DNA of 33,693 bases from Candidatus Heimdallarchaeota archaeon (GTDB lineage: Archaea; Asgardarchaeota; Heimdallarchaeia; Heimdallarchaeales; Heimdallarchaeaceae), in NCBI GenBank assembly GCA_021399395.1, contig JAAFKJ010000146.1, forward strand, positions 1-33,693. Reading direction: 5' to 3'. Below are positions 9,282 to 19,254 of the stretch, piece by piece. How positions within the stretch are numbered: position 1 is the stretch's first letter; every line of letters begins with the position of its first letter. Both the position numbers and the translations under genes were made by a program. The notes under the pieces were generated by a model that saw only the letters and a program-made list of their open reading frames with translations, did no database searches and had not been told where the DNA came from.

Positions 9282-9289
9282 TTTATATA
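9282..9289. promoter_or_regulatory. TATA box in the divergent lrp/prx intergenic region
   Basis: TTTATATA about 30 nt upstream of the prx ATG. GGTGA SD at 9311-9315. Confidence 0.65.
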
Positions 9290-9319
9290 AAGATATTCTT
9301 TCTTCAAAATGGTGACATT

Positions 9320-9988
9320 ATGTCCTTAAAAGAATACGAAGAAACCGGAAAAATACCTCTAATAGGTACTATGTTTCCAAAAATGGTTGTTCAAACCACA
9401 CACGGAATGAAGAAATTACCAGGAGATTATAAAGGTAAATGGGTAGTTCTATTTAGTCATCCAGCTGATTATACACCTGTATGCACAACAGAATTTGTTT
9501 CTTTCCAGAACCATTATGATGAGTTTCAAGCAATGAATACAGAGTTGATTGGTTTAAGTATTGATCAAGTTTTTAGTCACATTAAATGGGTAGAGTGGAT
9601 AAAAGAGAACCTTGATGTTGAGATTAAGTTCCCAATAATTGCAGATCACGGTGAAGTAGCCAGGACACTTGGTATGCTCCATAAAAAGGGAAGCAGCACT
9701 GTAAGAGCAGTATTTATCTTTGATCCAAAAAGTATCATACAAGCTATCCTATACTATCCTTCAGAACTCGGAAGAAATATGAAAGAAATAGTTAGAATGA
9801 TTAAGGCTTTACGAATATCCTCTCAAAATAATGTTGCAATGCCTGCAAACTGGCCAGAAAATGAATTGTTTGGAGACGATGTTATAGTACCTCCAGCAAA
9901 AGATGTTGATACAGCCAAAGAGCGACTTAATGACGATTCAATAACCTGCCTTGATTGGTGGTTATGCCACAAAAAGAGACCAGCTTAA
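9320..9988 (+). CDS. Peroxiredoxin, archaeal Prx6 type
   Basis: [15 protein letters not shown] active site, [14 protein letters not shown]-terminal CLDWWLC. Start placed at ATG 9320 after a GGTGA SD. Confidence 0.95.
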   Translation: MSLKEYEETGKIPLIGTMFPKMVVQTTHGMKKLPGDYKGKWVVLFSHPADYTPVCTTEFVSFQNHYDEFQAMNTELIGLSIDQVFSHIKWVEWIKENLDVEIKFPIIADHGEVARTLGMLHKKGSSTVRAVFIFDPKSIIQAILYYPSELGRNMKEIVRMIKALRISSQNNVAMPANWPENELFGDDVIVPPAKDVDTAKERLNDDSITCLDWWLCHKKRPA

Positions 9989-10056
9989 ATCTCTTTACAC
10001 TTTTTTTCTATGTTTTTTAGGAAATAGATATATTGTAGTTCATATTTGCAAAGATA

Positions 10057-10899
10057 ATGAGTCTAAAGATAGATCATGTTATAACAAAGGATAATCCAGA
10101 GGTAAAAATCCAGGTAGGTATCTTTGAATCACAAAATTCTAAAGAAAATGCTTTGCCGATTATCATTGTTCCTGGTTGGTTAAGTGCTATAGATAATTTT
10201 GCACCAATGGCTGAGGCTTTGCAAAAATATAGAACAGCGATAATCTATGAACCAAGAGGTTTTGGAAAATCATTGACTCCTCACAAGAAGGGACTATTTA
10301 GCCCTGAGGAATACAACAACGAACTTGGTAGAATAATCGAACATCTGAAGCTCAAAGATAGAGAATTTCTCATGCTGGGAAGTTGTTCTGGTGCTTCTCA
10401 GATGTATAGTTATTATCTTGACGGAGAAGGATCTAAACCTATAGTTTTAGCTGCTTTCAACTCTCAAGAAAAATACAAGATGCCGTTTTTCATACCTGTC
10501 TTGGGAGTGATTCCAACATTTGTCATGAAATTCGTCCAAAAGATGATCATTGTTATCTATGGATTCATTTTGAAATTGAAAAAAACTGGTGAATCTCCCA
10601 ACGTAACTTGGGCAAAAAATAGATTGAAGTTGAACGATGACTGGAGTTTGAGAAGACATGTCATTGAATTTACTAATAAGTATGATATTGTAGGAAGACA
10701 AAAAGAAATTGATGTGCCGATAATAACATTCACAGCTGAAAAGGATCATTTTGTAAATCCTGAAATATCAAAGAAATTCATTTCTCACAAAGATTCTGAG
10801 CTCGTTACTTTGAAAACTGAATTGCATAGAATACACGAAGGACGAGAACAAGAGATTGCAGAATACATTCAGAAGTTTATTGAAAAATTGAAACTCTGA
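10057..10899 (+). CDS. Alpha/beta hydrolase with Cys at the nucleophile position
   Basis: IVPGW, YEPRGFGKS, elbow G-S-C-S-G, D (EKDHFV) and H (LHRIH). Confidence 0.8.
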   Translation: MSLKIDHVITKDNPEVKIQVGIFESQNSKENALPIIIVPGWLSAIDNFAPMAEALQKYRTAIIYEPRGFGKSLTPHKKGLFSPEEYNNELGRIIEHLKLKDREFLMLGSCSGASQMYSYYLDGEGSKPIVLAAFNSQEKYKMPFFIPVLGVIPTFVMKFVQKMIIVIYGFILKLKKTGESPNVTWAKNRLKLNDDWSLRRHVIEFTNKYDIVGRQKEIDVPIITFTAEKDHFVNPEISKKFISHKDSELVTLKTELHRIHEGREQEIAEYIQKFIEKLKL

Positions 10900-10903
10900 T
10901 TTA

Positions 10904-11767
10904 TCAAGAAATAGCTGGTAATAGAGATACGATTATCGTACCCATTCCTGTATTACTACCAATGATTGGAGTGGCTGGAGTTACATAACTTCTGTCAATT
11001 TTCCTCTTCTTCTTCAATCGTTTTATTATTGTATTAGCACCTTCTTGATTGTTAACATGGCAAATTACTAAATTATAAGTGGTTGTGGAATTGGTTCCTT
11101 TTAGTGCTAACTTTGTTAATCTGTTTATCATTGATCTATTAGTAAAAAAACCTGGTAACCTTGATTCTAAAGAACCCGGTCTTTCCATCTCTGCTATTGG
11201 TTTAATTCCGATTAGTTTAGTTAAATTTAAGATGAATTTAGATTTCAATCTCCCAGATCTGTAAACATTGTCAAGAGTATGAAAACCAACATTAAGATAA
11301 TAATTATCAATAGCTTTTGTGATTTTTTCAGTTATCTCTTTGACGGAATTTCCCTTCTCAGCTAGTTCCGCAATCGTGAGTGATACCAACCCTTGAACAC
11401 CAGAAGCTGATTCTGTATTAATTATGGTAACTTGGTTTTTGAATTCCTTAGCTGCAATTCGTACAGCTAAGAAAGTTGAACTGCTCAGATCCTTTGCAAC
11501 TGATACACAGAATACATGATCATATTCTAATTCTTCTAAGCTATCTTTTATGTGATTGACAAAATCTGTTGGTTCTGGATTAGAAGAAGAAGGTAGAAAA
11601 TCTGATTTTTTTAATTTTTCATAGAAATCAGCAACTGAGATATCAATACCTAACTTCCATGGTTTATCTTCAAAGAAAACTATATGGGGAATTCTCACAA
11701 TGTTGAATTTTTCTAATAATTCCTCTGGTAAATCTGCAGCTGAATCTGTTATAACTCTGATTTTCAA
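10904..11767 (-). CDS. DegV family fatty-acid-binding protein
   Basis: ITDSAADLP, PSSSNP, LSSSTF, INTESASG.QGL, TLDNVYRSGR, IKPI motifs. TTG start. Confidence 0.9.
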   Translation of the reverse strand: MKIRVITDSAADLPEELLEKFNIVRIPHIVFFEDKPWKLGIDISVADFYEKLKKSDFLPSSSNPEPTDFVNHIKDSLEELEYDHVFCVSVAKDLSSSTFLAVRIAAKEFKNQVTIINTESASGVQGLVSLTIAELAEKGNSVKEITEKITKAIDNYYLNVGFHTLDNVYRSGRLKSKFILNLTKLIGIKPIAEMERPGSLESRLPGFFTNRSMINRLTKLALKGTNSTTTYNLVICHVNNQEGANTIIKRLKKKRKIDRSYVTPATPIIGSNTGMGTIIVSLLPAIS

Positions 11768-11855
11768 ATGAGTTCAAGCTAAAACTATCATTATTGCTAA
11801 AAAAAGTTTGTCCCAAGGAGAATACCCTCAAAACCTTTAATTATTTACTATTGTA

Positions 11856-13625
11856 ATGAATATTGATATGAATACGAAAAAACTAATTGACAGCTCAATG
11901 GCTAGAATCAAAGCAGACATTATCTTAAGGGGAGGAAAATATGTCAATGTTTATACTAAAGAACTGTTGAAAAGTGATATTGTAATTACTGAAAATAAAA
12001 TCGTTCATATCGGTTTAGATACAACCGAGTTTGAAGGAGAAAAAACAAAGATTATCATGCTGGAAGGTGAAATTATCTGTCCTGGTTTGATTGAGTCTCA
12101 TATTCATATTGAATCATCAATGTTGACTCTTCCTGAGTTCTCAAAAGCTGTAATTCCTCATGGAACAACTACATTAGTAATTGATCCTCATGAATTAGCA
12201 AATGTTTCAGGAATTCCTGGGTTGAATATTCTAATTGAAGAAAGCAAGACCCTACCACTTAGATATTTGATCGAAGCTCCTTCATGTGTGCCCTCTTTAC
12301 CAGGATTTGAAACATCTGGTGCAGTCTTGGACAAGGATGATGTAGAAGAGCTAATGGCTAGAGATGAAATCTTTGCTTTAGCTGAAATGATGAATTATCC
12401 TGGTGTTTTCTTGGGCTTTGATGAGGTAGTAAGTAAAATTGATTCAGCGAAGAAGTATGATAAAAAAATAGAAGGCCATGCCCCTCTACTCAAAGGTAAA
12501 GAATTACAAACATACATTGCAGCTGGTATCTCTTCTGATCACGAAGCAACATCAAGTGAAGAAGTATTAGAGAAGTTAAGGTTAGGGATGAAAATGCAGA
12601 TTCGTCAAGGCTCCTTTGCAAAAGACCTTGAAAACATCTTTGCTGATTTGGATTTAGATGGAATTGATACAAGAAATATAATTATGGCAAGCGATGATAG
12701 AAATCCAATAGATCTGAAAGAGCAAGGACATCTAGACTACACATACAGGTTACTGTTAAAATCTGGTATAAATCCGTTGGAAGCAATTCAAATGCTTACT
12801 CTGAACACAGCTATACATCTAGGATTACAGGATGTTATAGGTGGGATTGCACCTGGAAAAAATGCTGATTTAGTAGTAATAGATAATCTTGAAGATTTTG
12901 AAGTAAAATCGGTAATTGCTGATGGTAAGATAATTTACAATCAAGGTGAACTTATTTGGAAAGAGCAATCTAAAACTTATCCAGATTTCATTTTAGATTC
13001 TTTGAGAAATCTACAAGTTCCATCTGTTGAAGACCTCAAAATAGCTACAAACAAAGAGAAAGAAACAATAGTAAGGGTTATCGGTGTAGAAGATCACTCT
13101 CTTATCACTCAGAAACTTACCTCAACCCTGCAAGTAGAAAACGGAGTTATTCTTCCTAATCTAGACGAAGATATTCTGCCTATTGTAATAATTAATAGGC
13201 ACACAAATGATGTTAAAATTGGGAAAGGTTTTGTTAAAGGACTAGGAATCAAAGAAGGAGCTTTAGCAAGTACTGTAGCTCATGATTGTCATCAATTGAT
13301 ATGTGTTGGTACAGACTACAATCTGATGTTGAAAGCTATTGAAGTTGTAAAAAATATGAGTGGAGGCCAAGTGGTTGTAACAAGTGATAAAATTACATCA
13401 TTACAACTCAGTTTTGCTGGAATAATGAGTATTAAACCTCTTGAAGTAGTTGTGGAAGAAACTAAAGCTCTACGTGATGCAGTATTTGAATTGGATCCAA
13501 AAGTCTCTGAACCCTTCATGGCATTAGCATTTATTGCTCTACCTGTTATCCCTCATTTGAAAATTACTGATTTTGGATTAGTTGATGCTGATAATTTTGA
13601 GCTTGTAAGTGTTGAATTGGAGTAA
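11856..13625 (+). CDS. ade: Adenine deaminase
   Basis: PGLIESHIHIESSM, DPHELANV, PSCVP, EMMNYPGV, GHAP, SDHE, VAHDCH, LPVIPHLKITDFGL motifs. Confidence 0.95.
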   Translation: MNIDMNTKKLIDSSMARIKADIILRGGKYVNVYTKELLKSDIVITENKIVHIGLDTTEFEGEKTKIIMLEGEIICPGLIESHIHIESSMLTLPEFSKAVIPHGTTTLVIDPHELANVSGIPGLNILIEESKTLPLRYLIEAPSCVPSLPGFETSGAVLDKDDVEELMARDEIFALAEMMNYPGVFLGFDEVVSKIDSAKKYDKKIEGHAPLLKGKELQTYIAAGISSDHEATSSEEVLEKLRLGMKMQIRQGSFAKDLENIFADLDLDGIDTRNIIMASDDRNPIDLKEQGHLDYTYRLLLKSGINPLEAIQMLTLNTAIHLGLQDVIGGIAPGKNADLVVIDNLEDFEVKSVIADGKIIYNQGELIWKEQSKTYPDFILDSLRNLQVPSVEDLKIATNKEKETIVRVIGVEDHSLITQKLTSTLQVENGVILPNLDEDILPIVIINRHTNDVKIGKGFVKGLGIKEGALASTVAHDCHQLICVGTDYNLMLKAIEVVKNMSGGQVVVTSDKITSLQLSFAGIMSIKPLEVVVEETKALRDAVFELDPKVSEPFMALAFIALPVIPHLKITDFGLVDADNFELVSVELE

Positions 13626-13673
13626 AGAGATAGATTTCAGAAGATTTTTAATTTCTCTTATTTTCTCTTACAC

Positions 13674-14393
13674 ATGACTGAATTACTTTACCAGAAAGAT
13701 TCCTATCTAAAGGAATTTGAAGCGGAAATTACAGACGTTGAAGATGACATCATAATTCTGAATAAAACAGCTTTTGCACCAACTGGAGGAGGTTTACAGT
13801 GCGATACAGGGAAAATTATCACTGAAAACGATAATGAATACAATGTTGTAGAAGTTTCATCTAGAGGTGGTAAAGTAAAACATAAACTTTCACCAGTTCC
13901 AGAAATGATTATCAAAGGCACAAAAGCTAAAGGGATTATAGATTGGGATAAACGATATAAACAGATGAGAATGCATACGGCGATGCATTCAATTTCAAGT
14001 ATTCTTTATCAAAGGTACGGGGCTACAGTAACCGGTGGAAATATAACACCCGAAAGAAGTAGGGTAGATTTTGATATTGACCATTTGCGACAAGAAAGAA
14101 TTCAAGAGATTGAAAGTGCAATGAGCGAAATAATAGCAGGAAATCATGTGATTACAGTGTCATTCTTGGAAAGGGTAGAAGCTCTTAAAGATCCTGATTT
14201 AATCAGGACTAAAGTAAATCTTATACCTGAAAGTGTCAAAATCTTGCGAATTGTAGATATCAAAGATGTTGATCGGCAAGCTGACGGGGGAGTTCATGTC
14301 AATAATACGAGAGAAATAGGTACTTTTATCCCATTAAAAACTGAGAATCGGGGTAAGGATAAGAAAAGATTATATTTTACATTAGAAGAGTAA
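13674..14393 (+). CDS. alaX: Stand-alone alanyl-tRNA editing protein (AlaX-M type)
   Basis: TELLYQKDSYLKEFEA, PTGGG..DTG, IDWDKRY..MRMHTAMH, QADGGVHV.NT.EIG motifs. Confidence 0.93.
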   Translation: MTELLYQKDSYLKEFEAEITDVEDDIIILNKTAFAPTGGGLQCDTGKIITENDNEYNVVEVSSRGGKVKHKLSPVPEMIIKGTKAKGIIDWDKRYKQMRMHTAMHSISSILYQRYGATVTGGNITPERSRVDFDIDHLRQERIQEIESAMSEIIAGNHVITVSFLERVEALKDPDLIRTKVNLIPESVKILRIVDIKDVDRQADGGVHVNNTREIGTFIPLKTENRGKDKKRLYFTLEE

Positions 14394-14568
14394 TGCGGAT
14401 TACCCCCTATCTTCTGATTATCATTCCATCAAAATAATCTTTTGACATAAAATAGTGAATCGACCCGATAATCTTCTTCCTAATATTTTTTTCCTTAGGT
14501 TTAACCGATAAGGTTAAAAATGTGTCTTCAACGATAAAACAAGTATTAATGGAAATAAAGTGATATTC

Positions 14569-15549
14569 ATGAGTAGACGCGGTTATATTGGTTTATTTAC
14601 TATTCTTCTTATTCTAGGGTCTTCTTCAGCTCGAATCTGGACTGCTTCAGCTTTAGTTGACAATCAAGATGATTTTAATCTCGCACTTAATGCTGAAGGT
14701 GATGTTGAAGAATCAATAAATGCTCCATCCACAGTAAATATGTCTCAACTAGATCTTTACGATTACTATGAAACTGTTAAAGCAGATCGACGATTTAAGT
14801 GGAAAATTACAGAACTTGAAAGAACAGAAAATTTTCACTTAAAAGAAGGAGATAAGAAACTCAAAGAAGGCGATAAAATTATCTTGATTATGGGAGGCGA
14901 TCCTTGGTTACAAAGGTCACAACCTCATTCTTGGGGTCAAATCTATGTAAACGACGTAATGGCAAGGTATACAAGTGATACCGCTACTGGTAGAGCCATA
15001 TTTAAGTTTCTACAACCAGTTGGTATTAATTATATTGAAAACTTTACATCAACTTATTACAATAGTTCAGAATTTTTGAATGATTATGAAAATAACTACA
15101 ATTACACAGACTTTTTAGCTGATTATTATGGTAATATTTACAATTATACCGATATGGGTAGTGAAGGATTCTTTAATTATGTGGAAACTTCTCCTTTCAT
15201 AAATAGAACTTTCTGGACTTTTGAAGAAAACTTGGTAACATATGAAAACACAATAATCTCCGAAGTAAACAATATTACTGAAATCACTCTAGTATTTGAT
15301 AGACCCACTGGTCTCTTAAACGAGATGTATTATTCTGCATCCTTTATTAATGGTTCAGAGTATTTCGCGGGAGTTAATTTAACACTGATAAGATTACATG
15401 GATGGGGATTGCCTTATTACATTACAACTTGGGTAGTTTGGATCCCAATAATTTTGGTTGTCGTTGGTATAATAGTAGCTTTTAGACTGCATGCATTCCA
15501 AAGGTTGAAACTCTATTTAGAAGCACGAAAATTAGCAAAGAGAGATTAG
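14569..15549 (+). CDS. Secreted, C-terminally membrane-anchored surface glycoprotein candidate
   Basis: Signal peptide MSRRGYIGLFTILLILG, about nine NxS/T sequons, Y/N-rich repeat (YNYTD twice), C-terminal TM plus basic tail. Confidence 0.75.
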   Translation: MSRRGYIGLFTILLILGSSSARIWTASALVDNQDDFNLALNAEGDVEESINAPSTVNMSQLDLYDYYETVKADRRFKWKITELERTENFHLKEGDKKLKEGDKIILIMGGDPWLQRSQPHSWGQIYVNDVMARYTSDTATGRAIFKFLQPVGINYIENFTSTYYNSSEFLNDYENNYNYTDFLADYYGNIYNYTDMGSEGFFNYVETSPFINRTFWTFEENLVTYENTIISEVNNITEITLVFDRPTGLLNEMYYSASFINGSEYFAGVNLTLIRLHGWGLPYYITTWVVWIPIILVVVGIIVAFRLHAFQRLKLYLEARKLAKRD

Positions 15550-15689
15550 TCTTTCTTTCCTTTTTATATTTTTTACTATTAGTTTAGTCAATCTACCATA
15601 AAACGAAAATGTTATATGTTCTTCTAGCATCTTTTTCCTTCCCGAAGAAATATTAATGAAAAACATTATTTCTAATGTGAGTTGATAAT

Positions 15690-17213
15690 ATGAATATATT
15701 AAAAGCAAAAAAAATCAACTATGAAATTGAACGTAATATTGCGATTGTAAATTCGCAAACACTGAGTGATCTCAAGATTAAACACTCAGCAAATGTAAAA
15801 GTAAAAAGTGATACTGGTGAGATTATGTGCGAAGTTTTAAGCACAGATACTTTAATTGAGCCAGGTTTTATTGGTTTAACAGAAAAACTAGTAGACGAAT
15901 TAAAAATTGATTCTGAACAAGCTGTGAAAGTATTTGTTAGACGACGTCCTCAGTCTATAGAATTTGTTAAAACTAAAAGAAAAGGAATGGTTTGGAAAGA
16001 GGGAGAAATAAGGTCTATTGTGAATGATATCTGTAGTGGTCATTACACAGACTTAGAGATTTCTATGTTTACTTTAGCTCAATATTATTTAGGATTGACA
16101 ATGGATGAAATAGCTAGCCTGACAACTTTCATGGCTGAATATGGGACCACCTTGAGTTTCGATGAACCAGTCTATGATAAACACTCGATAGGTGGAATTC
16201 CTGGTAACAAAGTAAGTTTAATAATTGTCCCTACAGTTGCTGCTGCTGGTTTATTAATTCCAAAAACTAGTTCGCGTGCAATTACCTCACCAAGTGGAAC
16301 AGCTGATACTATGGAAGTTCTATGTGATGTTAATTTCACAGCTGATGAAATATTGGAGATTGCACCAAAAACTAGAGGGATGTTGGTGTGGGGTGGAACA
16401 TTAGACCTATCACCTTTAGATGAGATTGTAATCCATCGTGTTGAACAACCTCTAGGTATTGATCCTCATAGTCAGATGCTTGCAAGCATATTTAGTAAAA
16501 AAGTATCTACTGGTGTAGATCATATGGTATTAGATATTCCGACAGGTGAAGGAACAAAGATGCCAACAAAAGAAGATGCGGTAAACTATGCACATGAAGC
16601 AACAGAATTAGGTCGTAGATTAGGTATCTCGATTGAAGCAGCTTTAAGCTACGGTGAACAACCACTAGGAAAAGCTATTGGACCAGCTTTAGAAGCAAGA
16701 GAAGCTTTGAACGTGATTAACGGAAATGGTCCTACAAGTGTGTTTGAGAAGAGTGCAGAGCTTTCTGGTATTCTTTTTGAGATGGCAGGTCTTGCTCCAC
16801 CAGGTCAAGGTGCAAATTTAGCAGCTGACTATATTACGAAAGGAAAAACAAAAGCAAAAATGGAAGAAATTATTGGAGTTCAGGGAGGAAATGCTACTGT
16901 ACAACCTGAAGATATAGTAGTAGGTGAGTACACATCGACAATTGTAGCTCCAAAAGATGGTTACATTGTTAAACTTTCTAATTCTGCAATCAAGAAAATT
17001 GCTAAAGCGGCTGGAACTCCTCGTCACAAGGAAGCAGGAGTTTATCTCCATAAGAAAATTGGTGACTTCTGCAAGAAAGATGATGAATTAATGACAATTT
17101 ACTCAAATAGCGAAGGACGACTAACTGATGCTCTTAATCTTTCAATGAACCTAACACCATTTCTTCTTGAAGGCATGATAATCCAACGAATATCTTCAGG
17201 TCCTAAAAAGTAA
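15690..17213 (+). CDS. deoA: AMP phosphorylase (archaeal NMP phosphorylase, thymidine phosphorylase family)
   Basis: DKHSIGGIPGNK, IPKTSSRAITSPSGTADTMEVL, IGPALEAREAL motifs. ~500 aa with the extra N-terminal domain typical of AMPpase. Confidence 0.93.
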   Translation: MNILKAKKINYEIERNIAIVNSQTLSDLKIKHSANVKVKSDTGEIMCEVLSTDTLIEPGFIGLTEKLVDELKIDSEQAVKVFVRRRPQSIEFVKTKRKGMVWKEGEIRSIVNDICSGHYTDLEISMFTLAQYYLGLTMDEIASLTTFMAEYGTTLSFDEPVYDKHSIGGIPGNKVSLIIVPTVAAAGLLIPKTSSRAITSPSGTADTMEVLCDVNFTADEILEIAPKTRGMLVWGGTLDLSPLDEIVIHRVEQPLGIDPHSQMLASIFSKKVSTGVDHMVLDIPTGEGTKMPTKEDAVNYAHEATELGRRLGISIEAALSYGEQPLGKAIGPALEAREALNVINGNGPTSVFEKSAELSGILFEMAGLAPPGQGANLAADYITKGKTKAKMEEIIGVQGGNATVQPEDIVVGEYTSTIVAPKDGYIVKLSNSAIKKIAKAAGTPRHKEAGVYLHKKIGDFCKKDDELMTIYSNSEGRLTDALNLSMNLTPFLLEGMIIQRISSGPKK

Positions 17214-17690
17214 GGATCTTGAATCTTCGTTAACCTCCTCATCCTCTATCTCTTTTCCTTCTTTTTTCAGAACCATTTTATGCATGTAAAGTGATTGATC
17301 CAAGAATTGGATGTTGAATCCTACTTTTTGCCAAAAAGGAGTTACGAAGGGAGAGCAACAAAGTTGTATTGTATCATCTTCTATGACATTCTGTGTTAAT
17401 ATTTGTGCGCATATTTGTCCAACACCTTTTCGTCTGAGATCTTCTCTGACTTCAAAAACATAAATTATTGGACATCCTACTGACATGAATCCTCCTTCAT
17501 AATCTGGTTCATCTGGTATCACAGCAGAAACTGCAACTATTTCATTTTGCATCATGAACCCATAACACTTGATTTGGTCATCAAAAAACATTCTATAAGA
17601 AGTGAAAAATGGGAAAGAATGAGCAGGTACTTCGTCATAATCTATAATTTGGACATTGATTTCTTCAATTTGAACCAGCTCTTCACTCAT
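17196..17690 (-). CDS. GNAT family N-acetyltransferase
   Basis: Motif A FEVREDLRRKGVG and motif B FWQKVGF. Confidence 0.85.
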   Translation of the reverse strand: MSEELVQIEEINVQIIDYDEVPAHSFPFFTSYRMFFDDQIKCYGFMMQNEIVAVSAVIPDEPDYEGGFMSVGCPIIYVFEVREDLRRKGVGQICAQILTQNVIEDDTIQLCCSPFVTPFWQKVGFNIQFLDQSLYMHKMVLKKEGKEIEDEEVNEDSRSLLFRT

Positions 17691-17815
17691 GTTTTTTATC
17701 CTTCTATAGTAACATATTTGTTCTATGGATAAATAAAATTAATTTTAGTGCTAGTCTGAAAAGCGGAAGACTTTTTACTTCTGAACATCTGTATTACTCT
17801 GTTGAGGAGAACTCT

Positions 17816-19024
17816 ATGTCTAACTTTGATTATGTTGAAGATGCAATGTTTGGAAAATCCATATTCCGAGCTGAATCTACTCTTTATCCCGAATATATTC
17901 CACCTGAATTACCAACGAGAGAAGAAGATATAGCACGATTGGCGAGAAATTTCAGATCTCTTCTCGGTACAGAAGGCTCATTTTCCGTTAATGTAGCAAT
18001 TGTAGGGCATGCTGGAATAGGTAAGACAAATCTGTGCAAATACACAATGAAACGGTTTGAGGAAGCTGCGAATTCTCGAAATATTAATGTGAAATTTCTC
18101 TATTATAACTGTCATTCTTTCAGAAGCAAAACAGCTATACTTAGAAATGTTTTGTCAGAGCATTTCAGAATTCAATCACGAGGTTTTAGTGATGAAGAGA
18201 TTTTAGATATGCTTGTAAAAAGACTTACCAAAGAGGATATCAGGCTAATTATTGCTTTGGACGAAGCTAATATGCTTAATTCTGAAGATATACTAAGTAT
18301 ATTTCATGCTGGTGAGTATTTTGGCTCAGAACAGAGTATGATCTCAACAATTGTTATTTCTAGACCAATTGAATGGCGATCGCTTCTAAATGTACCATTA
18401 TCAGGTCACATACACGATCAAATAGATTTACAAGGTTATAACAGAGATCAATTACTGCAGATTCTCAAATATAGGGCTGAAAAAGCACTTTATGCAACCG
18501 CTTATAGTGATGAAACTCTGAACTTGATTGCTGATATATGTTCTGCTTCTAGAAATGCTAGACATGGTTTAGAAATTCTTTATCGTTCTGGTAAACTTGC
18601 AGATTTAAAGAAAGAAACTTCTATCCTTCCAGACTATATTCGTGCAGCTAAAGCCGATGTTTATCCAGAATTACGAAGGGATGTTTTAGAGGAGCTTAGA
18701 CATCATGAACTCTTAGCAGCTTTAGGAGTCGCTAGAAAGTTAACCAAACAAGGAATTACTTCAACTTCAGTCGATGAAGGTTTTGACAGCTATGTGTTAA
18801 CATGTGAAGAGTACGGGGAAGAAGTAAGAGGAAAATCGACTTTTAGATCAGCTTTAGATACATTAGATAAGGTAGGTATTATTGGTAAAAGTGTTGGACC
18901 CATAGAAGCAGGTAAAAGAGGTAGACGGGCAAAAATAACTACTTTTGATATTCCCGCAACAGTACTGGTAGAAAGAATCGAAAATATTTTATCTAAACCA
19001 CGAAATACTCATGATTTTAGCTAG
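17816..19024 (+). CDS. cdc6: Orc1/Cdc6 family replication initiator
   Basis: YIPPELPTRE, Walker A GHAGIGKT, YYNC, Walker B IALDEA, NARxxLExL, C-terminal wHTH with GKRGR. GAGGAG SD upstream. Confidence 0.93.
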   Translation: MSNFDYVEDAMFGKSIFRAESTLYPEYIPPELPTREEDIARLARNFRSLLGTEGSFSVNVAIVGHAGIGKTNLCKYTMKRFEEAANSRNINVKFLYYNCHSFRSKTAILRNVLSEHFRIQSRGFSDEEILDMLVKRLTKEDIRLIIALDEANMLNSEDILSIFHAGEYFGSEQSMISTIVISRPIEWRSLLNVPLSGHIHDQIDLQGYNRDQLLQILKYRAEKALYATAYSDETLNLIADICSASRNARHGLEILYRSGKLADLKKETSILPDYIRAAKADVYPELRRDVLEELRHHELLAALGVARKLTKQGITSTSVDEGFDSYVLTCEEYGEEVRGKSTFRSALDTLDKVGIIGKSVGPIEAGKRGRRAKITTFDIPATVLVERIENILSKPRNTHDFS

Positions 19025-19254
19025 TTGACACAAATCATAGTCATTGAATTCTTTACACCTTCAACTATGATGTTATTATTCAAAACTTGATTCTTTAATT
19101 CATCCATAGTTTCATATTCAATCTTAACAATTAAATCGTAGATTCCATATACTGCGTAAACTTCGGTTACTTCTTTGATTTTATGTAATCCCTCTTGGAC
19201 CGCTTCAAGCATCCCAGGTTGGACATTTAGAAGAATATAAGCTGCTTGTGTCAT
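19021..19254 (-). CDS. Stand-alone Lrp/AsnC ligand-binding (RAM) domain protein
   Basis: AYILLNVQPG...EVYAVYGIYDLIVKIE...GVKNSMTMI, with no HTH. Confidence 0.88.
   Translation of the reverse strand: MTQAAYILLNVQPGMLEAVQEGLHKIKEVTEVYAVYGIYDLIVKIEYETMDELKNQVLNNNIIVEGVKNSMTMICVN

Noticed and set aside
9266-9319. Longer TTG start for the peroxiredoxin
   Set aside because: Overlaps the TATA box and operators, whereas ATG 9320 has a GGTGA SD.
14270-14300. AlaX Zn-site Cys replaced by Asp (QADGGVH)
   Set aside because: The QADGGxH variant is common in AlaX-M proteins and is not novel.
17691-17815. Replication origin upstream of cdc6
   Set aside because: Only 125 bp, with no TTCCAxxGGAA/G-string ORB repeats.
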